Notes under the pieces: model-generated
Database searches by the model: none
Told to the model about the DNA's origin: nothing
The model's input: only the letters and a program-made list of their open reading frames with translations
Part shown: piece by piece, positions 38,122 through 46,614 of the stretch
Layout of the letters: each line of letters starts with the position of its first letter
How positions within the stretch are numbered: the first letter of the stretch is position 1
Source: Candidatus Sericytochromatia bacterium
Lineage (GTDB): Bacteria; Cyanobacteriota; Sericytochromatia; S15B-MN24; VGJW01
Length of the DNA stretch: 64,000 bases
NCBI GenBank assembly: GCA_035285865.1
Contig: JAYKHS010000024.1
Coordinates: 37,030-101,029, forward strand
Direction of reading: 5' to 3'
Program-made: the position numbers and the translations under genes

Positions 38122-38628
38122 TCAACGGAAAGCGACAAGCGGCCGAATCCGAGCGATGCGCCGCGGTCCGAGGCCACGCAGGCCTTCCAGGTCGGCCGGC
38201 CCGCGCAGGCGGCCGCCCCGCGCCGCACGCCGCGCAAGGATGGCCCTGGCAAGGCCGGGACCAATCCCCGGCAAGGTATCAAGGGCCCTCGCATCAGCGC
38301 GGTTGAGGTCCAGAGGCCACGCCGGCGCCGACGAAGGGACGATGGACGCGCGGAACTTCCCGCCGCCCGTGGCGCGCCCCCCGAGACGCTCCGTCCTGGG
38401 CAACCGCGACACGCGAATGGCCATGCCGTCGCGCAGCACCGTTGCCAGTGGCGGCGAGACCACCCAACCGACCGGGACCCGGACCCGCTGACGGCGCAGC
38501 GCGTCCTCGACCCGAGCGCCCGGGGCCAGGCGAACGATCTGCCCGCCACGGCCCGGAGTCTCGAGGACGACGGACACACGCGTGTCGAGGACGTGGGCCA
38601 ACAGCAGCAGAGCAGACATGGACGGCAT
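38122..38628 (-). CDS. comEA: ComEA-like DNA receptor (SLBB + helix-hairpin-helix)
   Basis: VRLAPGARVEDAL (SLBB), LDLNRA..ALDTLPGIGP..A..I, DLEGLRGLGP. GGAGG SD before ATG 38628. Confidence 0.88.
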   Translation of the reverse strand: MPSMSALLLLAHVLDTRVSVVLETPGRGGQIVRLAPGARVEDALRRQRVRVPVGWVVSPPLATVLRDGMAIRVSRLPRTERLGGRATGGGKFRASIVPSSAPAWPLDLNRADARALDTLPGIGPGLARAILARRAARGGRLRGPADLEGLRGLGPRRIARIRPLVAFR

Positions 38629-38701
38629 CAGGACCTCCGGAGATGCCGTCCATACTGCCCCGGGACGAATCGATCGTCCATAAGTCAAGTATCAGGGATC
38701 G

Positions 38702-38710
38702 TGGTATGAT
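38702..38710 (+). promoter_or_regulatory. Extended -10 promoter element for the ylqD operon
   Basis: TGGTATGAT (TGnTAnnnT) ~34 nt upstream of ATG 38744; AGGAG SD follows. Confidence 0.55.
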
Positions 38711-38743
38711 TCGATATCCCTTTCACGTCAGGAGTGTCCTGAG

Positions 38744-39184
38744 ATGGTCCAGTCCCTGAGTCTCCGCCGCCAAGTCGTCATCAAGACGATCGTGACCGAG
38801 TCCTTCAAGCAGCAGGCCATGGCCGAACTGCAGCAAGCGCTCGGCCAGCTCGACGAGCAGGCCCAGGAACTGGAGTTCCAGGCGCGTCGCGCAGTCGAGG
38901 AGCTCCAGAAGCGCCAGCCCGAGGCCCTGCCCCAGCTCGAAGCCCAGATCAACGAGGACCGCCAGCGTCTGGGAGCCAACAAGGCCGAGCTGCTGCAGCG
39001 TCTCCAGGTCTTCGGCCAGCTCTCGCTCGGTCAGGAATTCGTCCAGGGCAACGTGGAGAACTTCGTCGACGTGGCCGTTGGCGATGCCTTCTACGAGAAG
39101 ATGGCTTCCCCCGAGATCGTCATCAAGGACGGCGTGGTCATCGAGATCCGCACCTTCGAGAGCGGCCGGATCGCCCGCGTCTGA
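38744..39184 (+). CDS. ylqD: YlqD family protein
   Basis: LRRQVVIKTIVTESFK, coiled coil, GQEFVQGNVENFVDVAVGD, EIVIKDGVVIEIR; directly upstream of rimM. Confidence 0.9.
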   Translation: MVQSLSLRRQVVIKTIVTESFKQQAMAELQQALGQLDEQAQELEFQARRAVEELQKRQPEALPQLEAQINEDRQRLGANKAELLQRLQVFGQLSLGQEFVQGNVENFVDVAVGDAFYEKMASPEIVIKDGVVIEIRTFESGRIARV

Positions 39185-39194
39185 CGGGCACGGC

Positions 39195-39737
39195 ATGGCG
39201 GAACGCTTCGTCGTCGGCCGCATCCTGAAGACCCACGGGGTGAGGGGCGAGCTCAAGGTCACGTCAGTCGCCGGACAACCGGAACGCTACAAGGCCGGCA
39301 TGGCTGTTCAGGCGACTTGGCCGGACGGACGGTCCCGCGACCTTGTCATCCGCGCGGCGCGCAAGGCGGGCGAACTCGCCCTGGTGGTCTTCGAGGGTTT
39401 TCCGACCCCGGAGGAAGCCTCCGTGCTGCGCGGGGCCGAACTCACGGTGGCGGCTGATCAGGCACTTCCCGTGCGGCCGGGTGCCGTGCGTTTCGGGGAG
39501 ATCGTCGGCTTTGCCGTCCGTCACGTGGTGGACGAGCGCCCGCTCGGGACCGTACGGGCTGTCGTCACGGCCGTGCAGGATCTCCTCGAAGTGGATGCAG
39601 GCAGGAAGGACCCCGTGCTGGTACCCTGGGTGCCTGCGCTCGTGCCCAGGATCGACGCCGCATCCCGAACGCTCTGGGTCGACCCACCCGGCGGCATGTT
39701 CGACGGGGATGCGATCACCCTGGACGAGACGGAGTGA
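39195..39737 (+). CDS. rimM: Ribosome maturation factor RimM
   Basis: VGRILKTHGVRGELKV, LRGAEL, QDLLEV, VLVPWV, PPGGM; precedes trmD. Confidence 0.92.
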   Translation: MAERFVVGRILKTHGVRGELKVTSVAGQPERYKAGMAVQATWPDGRSRDLVIRAARKAGELALVVFEGFPTPEEASVLRGAELTVAADQALPVRPGAVRFGEIVGFAVRHVVDERPLGTVRAVVTAVQDLLEVDAGRKDPVLVPWVPALVPRIDAASRTLWVDPPGGMFDGDAITLDETE

Positions 39738-40576
39738 ACCCGTCAGCCAAGCCACCACGCATCGACGTGGTGACGCTCTTTCCGGGCATGTTCACGGGTC
39801 CCTTCGGCGAGAGCCTTGTCGGGAAGGCCCGGGCACGTGGCCTCGTGGACTTGCATGTACGTGACATGCGGGCCCACGCCACCGACCGGCACGGTACGGC
39901 CGATGACCGGCCGTTCGGCGGGGGGCCGGGTATGGTCCTGAAGCCGGACATCGTCTTTCGTGCGGTCGAGTCGCTCGGGCACGCACCGGGCACGCCCATC
40001 ATCATGCCCTGCCCCCAGGGGCGGCGTTTCGACCACGCGACGGCCGTGCGCTGGGCCGAGCAACCCAGATTGGTCTTCATTTGCGGCCATTATGAAGGCA
40101 TCGACGAACGCGTCCGCGAACACCTGGTCACCGAGGACGTCTCCCTCGGCGACTATGTCCTGACGGGCGGGGAGCTGGCCGTGATGGTGATGGTCGATGC
40201 CCTGCTGCGGTTCGTGCCGGGCGTCGTGGGAGACGAGGCCTCGCCCCACGAGGACAGCTTCTCCGATGGCCTTCTGGATTGGCCACACTATACGCGACCT
40301 GCTTCATTCCGCGGCTGGGAAGTTCCCGAGGTGCTGCGCTCGGGCGACCATGGCGCGGTGGGCCAATGGCGTCGCCAGCAGGCGATCCTGCGCACATGGG
40401 CCCGTCGCCCCGACCTGCTTGAGCACGCTCCCCTGACGCCCGCCGAACGCCGCTGGCTCGAGAATCTGCGTGCCGAGGGCGCCACCCCGGAGGCGACGTT
40501 ACGAACCCTTGCCGAGGGGTACGATGGCCGCGTCGTGCGGCGACCGACCCGTCCGCCCGGAAAAAACAGCCCGTGA
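39734..40576 (+). CDS. trmD: tRNA (guanine37-N1)-methyltransferase
   Basis: VVTLFP, DDRPFGGGPGMVLK, CGHYEGIDER, SLGDYVLTGGE, PHYTRP, VPEVLRSGDH. Confidence 0.97.
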   Translation: MNPSAKPPRIDVVTLFPGMFTGPFGESLVGKARARGLVDLHVRDMRAHATDRHGTADDRPFGGGPGMVLKPDIVFRAVESLGHAPGTPIIMPCPQGRRFDHATAVRWAEQPRLVFICGHYEGIDERVREHLVTEDVSLGDYVLTGGELAVMVMVDALLRFVPGVVGDEASPHEDSFSDGLLDWPHYTRPASFRGWEVPEVLRSGDHGAVGQWRRQQAILRTWARRPDLLEHAPLTPAERRWLENLRAEGATPEATLRTLAEGYDGRVVRRPTRPPGKNSP

Positions 40577-40995
40577 TCAACAAGATTCTGACGAACTTCG
40601 TCGTGACCGAGGACGGGATCCAGAGGATCCAGAAACTCCTGCAGGGTCTGGTCCACGACGTGGATGCCGTTGCCGCCCTCCTCATCGAGAAGTCGGGCCA
40701 GGTACTGGCGACCCAAGGGGACACGATGGGCCTCGACTGCCAGGCCATGGCCTCGCTGGTCAGCGGCGCCTTCGCCTCGACCCGTGCCGTTGCCCGCATG
40801 ATCGGCGAGACCGAGTTCCAGGCCATGTTCCAGCAGGGCGAAACGGCTTCGGTCTTCATGTATGCCCTGGGCACCAACGACATCCTGGTCGTCGTCTTCG
40901 ACGACCAGACCAAGACCGGTCTCGTGAAGGTCCAGGCCCAGCAGACGGCCGTGGCCCTGACCAGCGCCATCAACCAGATGCATCAGGCAGACTGA
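40573..40995 (+). CDS. Roadblock/LC7 domain protein (MglB-like)
   Basis: LLIEKSGQ, ASLVSGAFASTRAVARMIGETEF..MFQQGE, ILVVVFDDQT..GLVK, matching MglB-type proteins. GTGA overlap with trmD. Confidence 0.85.
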   Translation: MINKILTNFVVTEDGIQRIQKLLQGLVHDVDAVAALLIEKSGQVLATQGDTMGLDCQAMASLVSGAFASTRAVARMIGETEFQAMFQQGETASVFMYALGTNDILVVVFDDQTKTGLVKVQAQQTAVALTSAINQMHQAD

Positions 40996-41016
40996 GGCGG
41001 CCGACCGGCCGCGGGA

Positions 41017-41025
41017 TGTTATGAT
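41017..41025 (+). promoter_or_regulatory. Extended -10 element upstream of folK
   Basis: TGTTATGAT. Confidence 0.45.
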
Positions 41026-41080
41026 GGCGCCGAGGCAAGGGGGCCTCGACTCACGCAGGATGCCCCCGGGGGAGGCACTG

Positions 41081-41572
41081 GTGGCGACCGTCTACGTCTC
41101 GCTGGGTTCCAACGTGGGTGACCGGGCCGATTTCGTCACCCGAGCCATCGTCAAGCTTTCCAAGCACCCGCAGATGGAGGTTCGGAGCCACTCCGAGCTC
41201 TACGAGACCGAACCCCTCGAGATGCCGGATCAGGAGTGGTTCGTCAACGCCGTCGTCCGCATCGAGACGCCCCTCGCGCCGATGTCCCTCCTGGATGCCC
41301 TGCAGGGTCTCGAGGCCGAGATGCAACGCGAGCAGACCGTCACTTGGGGTCCGCGGGCCATCGACCTCGACATCCTCCTGTATGACGATTTGCTGGTGGC
41401 CGAACCGAGGCTGATCATCCCCCATATCCGGATGCATGACCGCGCCTTCGTGCTGGTGCCCCTCGCCGAGATCGCCCCTGACGCGACCCATCCCATCCTC
41501 GGCCTGTCGGTCCAGGACATGTTGGCAGGCGTGAAGACTGCCACCGTCGTCCGCCCCCTGGCCCACTCCTGA
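41081..41572 (+). CDS. folK: 2-amino-4-hydroxy-6-hydroxymethyldihydropteridine diphosphokinase
   Basis: YVSLGSNVGDR, YETEP, FVNAV, WGPRAIDLDILL, PH..MHDRAFVLVPL. GTG 41081 with GGAGG SD. Confidence 0.96.
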   Translation: MATVYVSLGSNVGDRADFVTRAIVKLSKHPQMEVRSHSELYETEPLEMPDQEWFVNAVVRIETPLAPMSLLDALQGLEAEMQREQTVTWGPRAIDLDILLYDDLLVAEPRLIIPHIRMHDRAFVLVPLAEIAPDATHPILGLSVQDMLAGVKTATVVRPLAHS

Positions 41573-41575
41573 AGC

Positions 41576-42517
41576 TCAGCCCAGGCAGACACCCGCGGCC
41601 AGGGCGGGCAGCCCCCTTGCAGCGTCCGCCGCGGCCAGGGCGCGCCGCCCCGGGACCTGCACAGTGACCAGCCTGAGCGCTCCCTGTCCGCAGGCCACGA
41701 GCCAGCCTTCGGCGTCCGCCGCGAGGACGGTACCCGCCTGGACAGCTTCTCCCGTCCAGGTTTCGGGCCGAGCCTCATGGACCTTGATCTCGAGTCCGTC
41801 GAGCCGGGTCCGGGCCCCTGGCCAGGGCAGCAGGCCGCGAATGCGGGCATCCAGCGTCGCGGCCGAGAGGGTCCAGTCGATGTCGGCCTCGGCCTTGTCC
41901 AGCTTGGGCGCCAGCGAGGCCTGCGCGCCATCTTGCGGCTGCTCGGGACGCTCCCCGGCCAACCAGGGCTCCAGTTCGCGAACGAGGACCTGCGCCCCGA
42001 GGAGTGCGAGCCGTTCCGCCAACTCCCCCGCCGTCTCTCGGGCACCGATGGCAACCCGGGCCTCGGCGATCACCGGTCCCGTGTCCATGCCCTCATCGAG
42101 GCGCATCAGGCTGATGCCTGTCTCGGCATCCCCGGCCATGAGCGCGCGGGCCACCGGTGCCGCCCCCCTATGGCGCGGCAGCAGGCTGCCGTGGATGTTC
42201 AGACAGCCCGCCCGGGGCATCTCGAGGACATCGGCCGGCAGCAGCTGCCCGAAAGCCACGACGACAAAGGCATCGGCATGCAGGCCGCGCAGTTGCTCCT
42301 TGACGACCTCGTCCCGCCGCAGACGCTCGGGCTGGAGAACCACGAGCCCGGCCTCCAGCGCGCGCTGCTTCACGGGACACGCATGCAATTGCTGACCACG
42401 ACCGACAGGCCGATCCGGCTGCGTGACGACCGCGAGGATCTCGTGCCCTGCGATCAGCAGGGCCTCGAGCGCCGGGACCGCAAAGGCCGGTGTGCCCATG
42501 AAAACGAGTCGTGCCAT
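41576..42517 (-). CDS. fmt: Methionyl-tRNA formyltransferase
   Basis: FMGTPAFA, VTQPDRPVGRG, VVAFGQLLP, NIHGSLLPRHRGAAP, GMDTGP. Confidence 0.97.
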   Translation of the reverse strand: MARLVFMGTPAFAVPALEALLIAGHEILAVVTQPDRPVGRGQQLHACPVKQRALEAGLVVLQPERLRRDEVVKEQLRGLHADAFVVVAFGQLLPADVLEMPRAGCLNIHGSLLPRHRGAAPVARALMAGDAETGISLMRLDEGMDTGPVIAEARVAIGARETAGELAERLALLGAQVLVRELEPWLAGERPEQPQDGAQASLAPKLDKAEADIDWTLSAATLDARIRGLLPWPGARTRLDGLEIKVHEARPETWTGEAVQAGTVLAADAEGWLVACGQGALRLVTVQVPGRRALAAADAARGLPALAAGVCLG

Positions 42518-42591
42518 CGAAGTTTCTCCTGACAGGTAAAGTCGAGCTTAAATCACGTCAGTCCTTTGGGGAAACAGGCGATACTCCCCGT

Positions 42592-43839
42592 GTGCGTCTC
42601 TTCTCCGCCCTCCTGACGCTCCTGGCCCTCCTGGTCCAGGGGTGCGGTGCGGATTTGCCCGGCTTCCGGAGCGGGTCGAACGGATCCCGCATCGCCGCGC
42701 GCGACGTCCGCGGGGACGCCATGCTTCAAGCCTTCAGTCAGGGGCTTGCCCGCACGACCTCCTCGGACAACGACATCCGCCTCAAACTGGACGGCGAGGA
42801 AGGCTTCGCGGCAATTCACGATCTGGTCCGCTCGGCCCGCCGCACCCTGTGGATCGAAACCTTCATCTGGCACAACGACGCGACGGGCATCGCCCTTGCC
42901 AAGGCCCTTCGGGACCGCAAGCGGGCCGGTGTCGACGTCCGGATCATCCTCGACACCTTCGGTTCGCGTCATTGGGACAGCGATCGCGCCGTCACGACCA
43001 TCATGACCGATGCCGGCATCCCTGTCCGACTCTACAACCGCAACCTGGTACGCTCGGCCGACCTGCACCTGACGCATCGCAAGCTCTATCTGGCCGACGG
43101 CCAGCGCGGCCTGACGGGCGGCATGAACATCGGCGACGAGTACGCCGTCTCGTGGCACGACCTGCTCATCGACGTCCGGGGCACGGCCGCCCTCCAGATG
43201 CATCAGGAGTTCCAGGCCGACTGGAATGGCTCGGGCGACGGCCCCGCAGAAACGCTCCAACTGCCGGCAGCGGCTGAACCCGCCGGCACGCATACTGCCG
43301 CACTGGCCATCACGAACCCGAACGACCTTCGCCGCCGCCGCGAAATCCATGGGGCGCTGATCCGATCTATCCGAGCCGCCCGCGAACGCATCCGGATGTT
43401 CCACATCTACGTCAGCGAAGACACGCTCATCGACGAACTCATCGCGGCCCACCGTCGCGGGGTTTCGGTACAGGTGATGCTGCCGGTCGCCAACGACTCC
43501 ATAGTCTTCCGCACCGTGAACAAGCACTACGGTCGCATCCTGCGGGACGCCGGCGTGGAGGTTCGCCTCTTCGACCGTACCTTCAGCCATATCAAGTACT
43601 GGTCCTTCGACGACCGCATGGTGGTGCTGGGCTCGGCCAACGCGGACGCCCGCAGCATGTACGAGAACCTCGAAGTCTCGCTGGCGATCACGGCACCCGA
43701 TGTCGTGGCAGATGCCGAGCGTCGGGTTTTCGAGGCCGACTGGGCGACGTCCCGACTGCCGACCGATCATGATCTCGAGATCAAGCCGAAGTCTTACCTC
43801 TCGGTCCTGCTCGCCGAGTGGTTCAACGACTACCTGTGA
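42592..43839 (+). CDS. Phospholipase D/cardiolipin-synthase-like lipoprotein
   Basis: Two HKD motifs (HRKLYLAD..GGMNIGDEY; HIKYWSFD..GSAN). Lipobox LVQGC after GTG 42592. Confidence 0.9.
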   Translation: MRLFSALLTLLALLVQGCGADLPGFRSGSNGSRIAARDVRGDAMLQAFSQGLARTTSSDNDIRLKLDGEEGFAAIHDLVRSARRTLWIETFIWHNDATGIALAKALRDRKRAGVDVRIILDTFGSRHWDSDRAVTTIMTDAGIPVRLYNRNLVRSADLHLTHRKLYLADGQRGLTGGMNIGDEYAVSWHDLLIDVRGTAALQMHQEFQADWNGSGDGPAETLQLPAAAEPAGTHTAALAITNPNDLRRRREIHGALIRSIRAARERIRMFHIYVSEDTLIDELIAAHRRGVSVQVMLPVANDSIVFRTVNKHYGRILRDAGVEVRLFDRTFSHIKYWSFDDRMVVLGSANADARSMYENLEVSLAITAPDVVADAERRVFEADWATSRLPTDHDLEIKPKSYLSVLLAEWFNDYL

Positions 43840-44371
43840 CAGGCCCAGGCCAGCCGCGACCGGCATCTTCGATGCCCATGTCCCGGTAGCGCGCTGCGTT
43901 GGCCACATAGTGACGGGCAGAACGCCTGAGCCCCTCGCGCTCCTCGTCCGACAGGGCTCGAACGACCCGAGCCGGGACACCGAGCACGAGGACTCCGTCG
44001 GGGATGTGCTCGCCGCCCGTGACCAGGGCCCCGGCGCCAATCAGGACCTCGTTGCCGACGACGGCGCCAGACAGGACCGTGGCGCGGATGCCGACCAACA
44101 CATGGTCCCCGAGGGTCGCTCCGTGAACGACGGCACCATGCCCAAGGGTGCAGTTCCTGCCGATCGTGCACGGCGCGTCCGCGTCCACATGCACCACCGC
44201 AGCGTCCTGGATGTTGGTCCCCGCGCCGATGCGCACGGCCGCCACATCGGCCCTCACCGTGGCCTGGAACCAGACCGAGGTGCCTTCCTCCAGACGGACA
44301 TCCCCGACTACCACGGCACCGGGGGCGATCCACGCATCCTCGGCCAATTCCGGACGCAGCACCGGCTCCAT
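43823..44371 (-). CDS. Gamma carbonic anhydrase family (YrdA/PaaY-like) protein
   Basis: VVGDV, RADV, TNIQD..VVH, GHGAVVHG hexapeptide beta-helix. AGGAGG SD. Confidence 0.92.
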   Translation of the reverse strand: MEPVLRPELAEDAWIAPGAVVVGDVRLEEGTSVWFQATVRADVAAVRIGAGTNIQDAAVVHVDADAPCTIGRNCTLGHGAVVHGATLGDHVLVGIRATVLSGAVVGNEVLIGAGALVTGGEHIPDGVLVLGVPARVVRALSDEEREGLRRSARHYVANAARYRDMGIEDAGRGWPGPVTGSR

Positions 44372-44436
44372 CGCGACACCTCCTGCACGAGCACCGCCGG
44401 ACAAGCCCGGAGGCCGGCCATGCTAGCATGCCGCCC

Positions 44437-45306
44437 ATGACCCTCCGCGACTGGTTCGAGACCCGCAAGAAGGAGCGCTCCCTCGTCGACACGGAGCGCA
44501 TCCGTCGGGACATGCCCGACGGCCTCTGGACGAAGTGTCCGTCGTGCGGGGAAGCGGTCTACAACAAGGACCTCGAAGCGAACCTCATGGTCTGTCCGCC
44601 CTGCGGCCATCACTTCAGGCTGGATGGCCGCACCCGGCTCGCGCAGCTGGTCGATCCCGGCAGCTTCACGGAGCGTGGCCGGGAGCTGCGTTCCGAGGAT
44701 CCGCTCGCGTTCGTCGACACGAAGCCCTACGCCCGACGTCTCGCCCAGGCCCATGCCGCCGACCCCACGGCGGAGGCCGTGCTGACGGGCATCGGCCAGA
44801 TTCACGGCCACAGGCTCGCCCTGGCCGTGATGGACTTCAGTTTCATGGGTGGCTCGATGGGCTCCGTCGTCGGCGAGCGCGTCGCTCGCATCATCGATGC
44901 GGCCCGGGTCGAGCATCTCGACCTCGTCGTCGTGACGGCTTCTGGAGGTGCCCGCATGCAGGAAGGGACCCTCTCCCTGATGCAGATGGCCAAGACCTCG
45001 ACCGCCATGGCACGCCTGCACGAGGCCGGGCGCCTCGCCATCTCGGTACTGGCGGACCCCACGACCGGTGGCGTCTCGGCCTCGTTCGCGACGCTCTCGG
45101 ACATCATCATCGCGGAGCCGGGAGCCACCATCGGCTTCGCGGGTCGCAGGGTCATCGAACAGACGATCCGCCAGAAGACTCCCGCCGAATTCCAGACCGC
45201 CGAGTGGCTGATGAAGCATGGTCAGGTCGACATGCTGGTCCCGCGCCACAAGCTTCGGGACACGATTGCGCAACTGATCACCATGCATCGGGGGACAGCC
45301 GCATGA
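44437..45306 (+). CDS. accD: Acetyl-CoA carboxylase carboxyltransferase beta subunit
   Basis: GLWTKCPSC..CPPCGHH zinc finger, MDFSFMGGSMGSVVGE, SGGARMQEG, PTTGGVSASFA, IGFAGRRVIEQT. Confidence 0.97.
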   Translation: MTLRDWFETRKKERSLVDTERIRRDMPDGLWTKCPSCGEAVYNKDLEANLMVCPPCGHHFRLDGRTRLAQLVDPGSFTERGRELRSEDPLAFVDTKPYARRLAQAHAADPTAEAVLTGIGQIHGHRLALAVMDFSFMGGSMGSVVGERVARIIDAARVEHLDLVVVTASGGARMQEGTLSLMQMAKTSTAMARLHEAGRLAISVLADPTTGGVSASFATLSDIIIAEPGATIGFAGRRVIEQTIRQKTPAEFQTAEWLMKHGQVDMLVPRHKLRDTIAQLITMHRGTAA

Positions 45307-46274
45307 CCATACGCCCCCGTCTGGTGCTCGACTTCGAGCGGCCCATCCTCGAGATCGAAAACGAGCTTGACCGCTTCCGTGAGCTGGCAGCAGCAAGTCC
45401 TGTGGACCTCAGCGCGGAAGTGCAGCGCATGGAAGAACGCCTCGGCCAGGTCCGGCTTGCCGTCATGCGCAACCTGAAGCCTTCGCAGCGCGTCCAGATC
45501 GCGCGCCATCCCGCACGGCCGACCACCCTCGATCACATCCAGGCAATCACCTCTTCGTTCCTCGAGTTGCATGGAGATCGACAAGGCTTCGACGACAAGG
45601 CCATCGTCGGCGGACTGGGCGTGTTCCGGGGACGCACCATGATGTTCGTGGGCCATCAGAAGGGTCGCGACACCAAGGACAACCTCACGCGCAACTTCGG
45701 CATGGCCCATCCCGAGGGCTATCGCAAGGCGCTCCGTCTGTTCCGGCATGCGGCCAAGTTCGGCATGCCGATCGTGACGCTCATCGACACGCCGGGCGCC
45801 TACCCCGGCATCGATGCCGAAGCCCGCGGCCAATCGGCTGCCATCGCGCGCAACATGCTGGAGATGGCCCGACTGCCCGTCCCGGTGATTTCCATCGTGA
45901 TCGGCGAGGGATCGTCCGGCGGCGCTCTGGGACTGGGCGTGGCCGACCGCATCCTGATGCTGGAGCACGCCTACTACGCCGTGATTTCGCCCGAAGGGTG
46001 CGCCGCCATCCTCTGGAAGGACGGCGCTCAAGCCATGCGCGCTGCGGAAGCCCTCCGCATGACGGCCCCGGACCTGGTGGAACTGGGCATCATCGACGGC
46101 ATCATTCCCGAGCCCCCCGGCGGCGCGCATCGGGACCCCGTCCAAGCACCGCTGCTGCTGGCCGAGGCCCTCGATGAGGCCTTACGGGAACTGGTCCGGC
46201 TGCCCGGCCTGAACCTCGTCGAGGCGCGGGCGGCGAAATTCGCCGCCATGGGCCGTCATGCCGAGATGTTCTAG
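45303..46274 (+). CDS. accA: Acetyl-CoA carboxylase carboxyltransferase alpha subunit
   Basis: LDFERP, ARHPARP, ELHGDR, GHQKGRDTK, PEGYRKALR, IDTPGAYPG, VISPEGCAAILW. ATGA overlap with accD. Confidence 0.97.
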   Translation: MTIRPRLVLDFERPILEIENELDRFRELAAASPVDLSAEVQRMEERLGQVRLAVMRNLKPSQRVQIARHPARPTTLDHIQAITSSFLELHGDRQGFDDKAIVGGLGVFRGRTMMFVGHQKGRDTKDNLTRNFGMAHPEGYRKALRLFRHAAKFGMPIVTLIDTPGAYPGIDAEARGQSAAIARNMLEMARLPVPVISIVIGEGSSGGALGLGVADRILMLEHAYYAVISPEGCAAILWKDGAQAMRAAEALRMTAPDLVELGIIDGIIPEPPGGAHRDPVQAPLLLAEALDEALRELVRLPGLNLVEARAAKFAAMGRHAEMF

Positions 46275-46278
46275 CCCG

Positions 46279-46289
46279 TGTTATAAAAT
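46279..46289 (+). promoter_or_regulatory. AT-rich -10-like element upstream of secG
   Basis: TGTTATAAAAT followed by an AAGGAAGG SD. Confidence 0.45.
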
Positions 46290-46316
46290 CATCAAGACAA
46301 GGAAGGCCCTTCACCG

Positions 46317-46556
46317 GTGAAGTTTCTCGAAATCGTCCTGACCGCCCTGCAGCTGACGCTCTCGCTTGCGCTCATCGTGGGCGTGCTGCTCCACTCGGCC
46401 AAGGGCGAAGGACTCGCCGGGATTGGCGGTTCAGCCCACGTCTTCGGCAGCCAGAAGGGCGTCGAGGCGGGCCTCAACCGCGTGACGGCCTTCATCACGG
46501 CCGCGTGGTTCCTGACGGCAATCGGCCTGGCGATCCTGGCGAAACCGACACTCTGA
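46317..46556 (+). CDS. secG: Preprotein translocase subunit SecG
   Basis: Two TMs around VLLHSAKGEGLAGIGG..FGSQKGVEAGLNRVT. Confidence 0.93.
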   Translation: MKFLEIVLTALQLTLSLALIVGVLLHSAKGEGLAGIGGSAHVFGSQKGVEAGLNRVTAFITAAWFLTAIGLAILAKPTL

Positions 46557-46614
46557 CGCCGGTCGCCGCCCCGACCCGCACGTCGCCCCTCCATTCCCTG
46601 CCGGAGTCGCAGCC

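Noticed and set aside
38094..38579. Apparent ComEA-ComEC fusion (794-aa ORF)
   Set aside because: ComEA motifs are in a different frame with their own stop at 38122; these are two separate genes.
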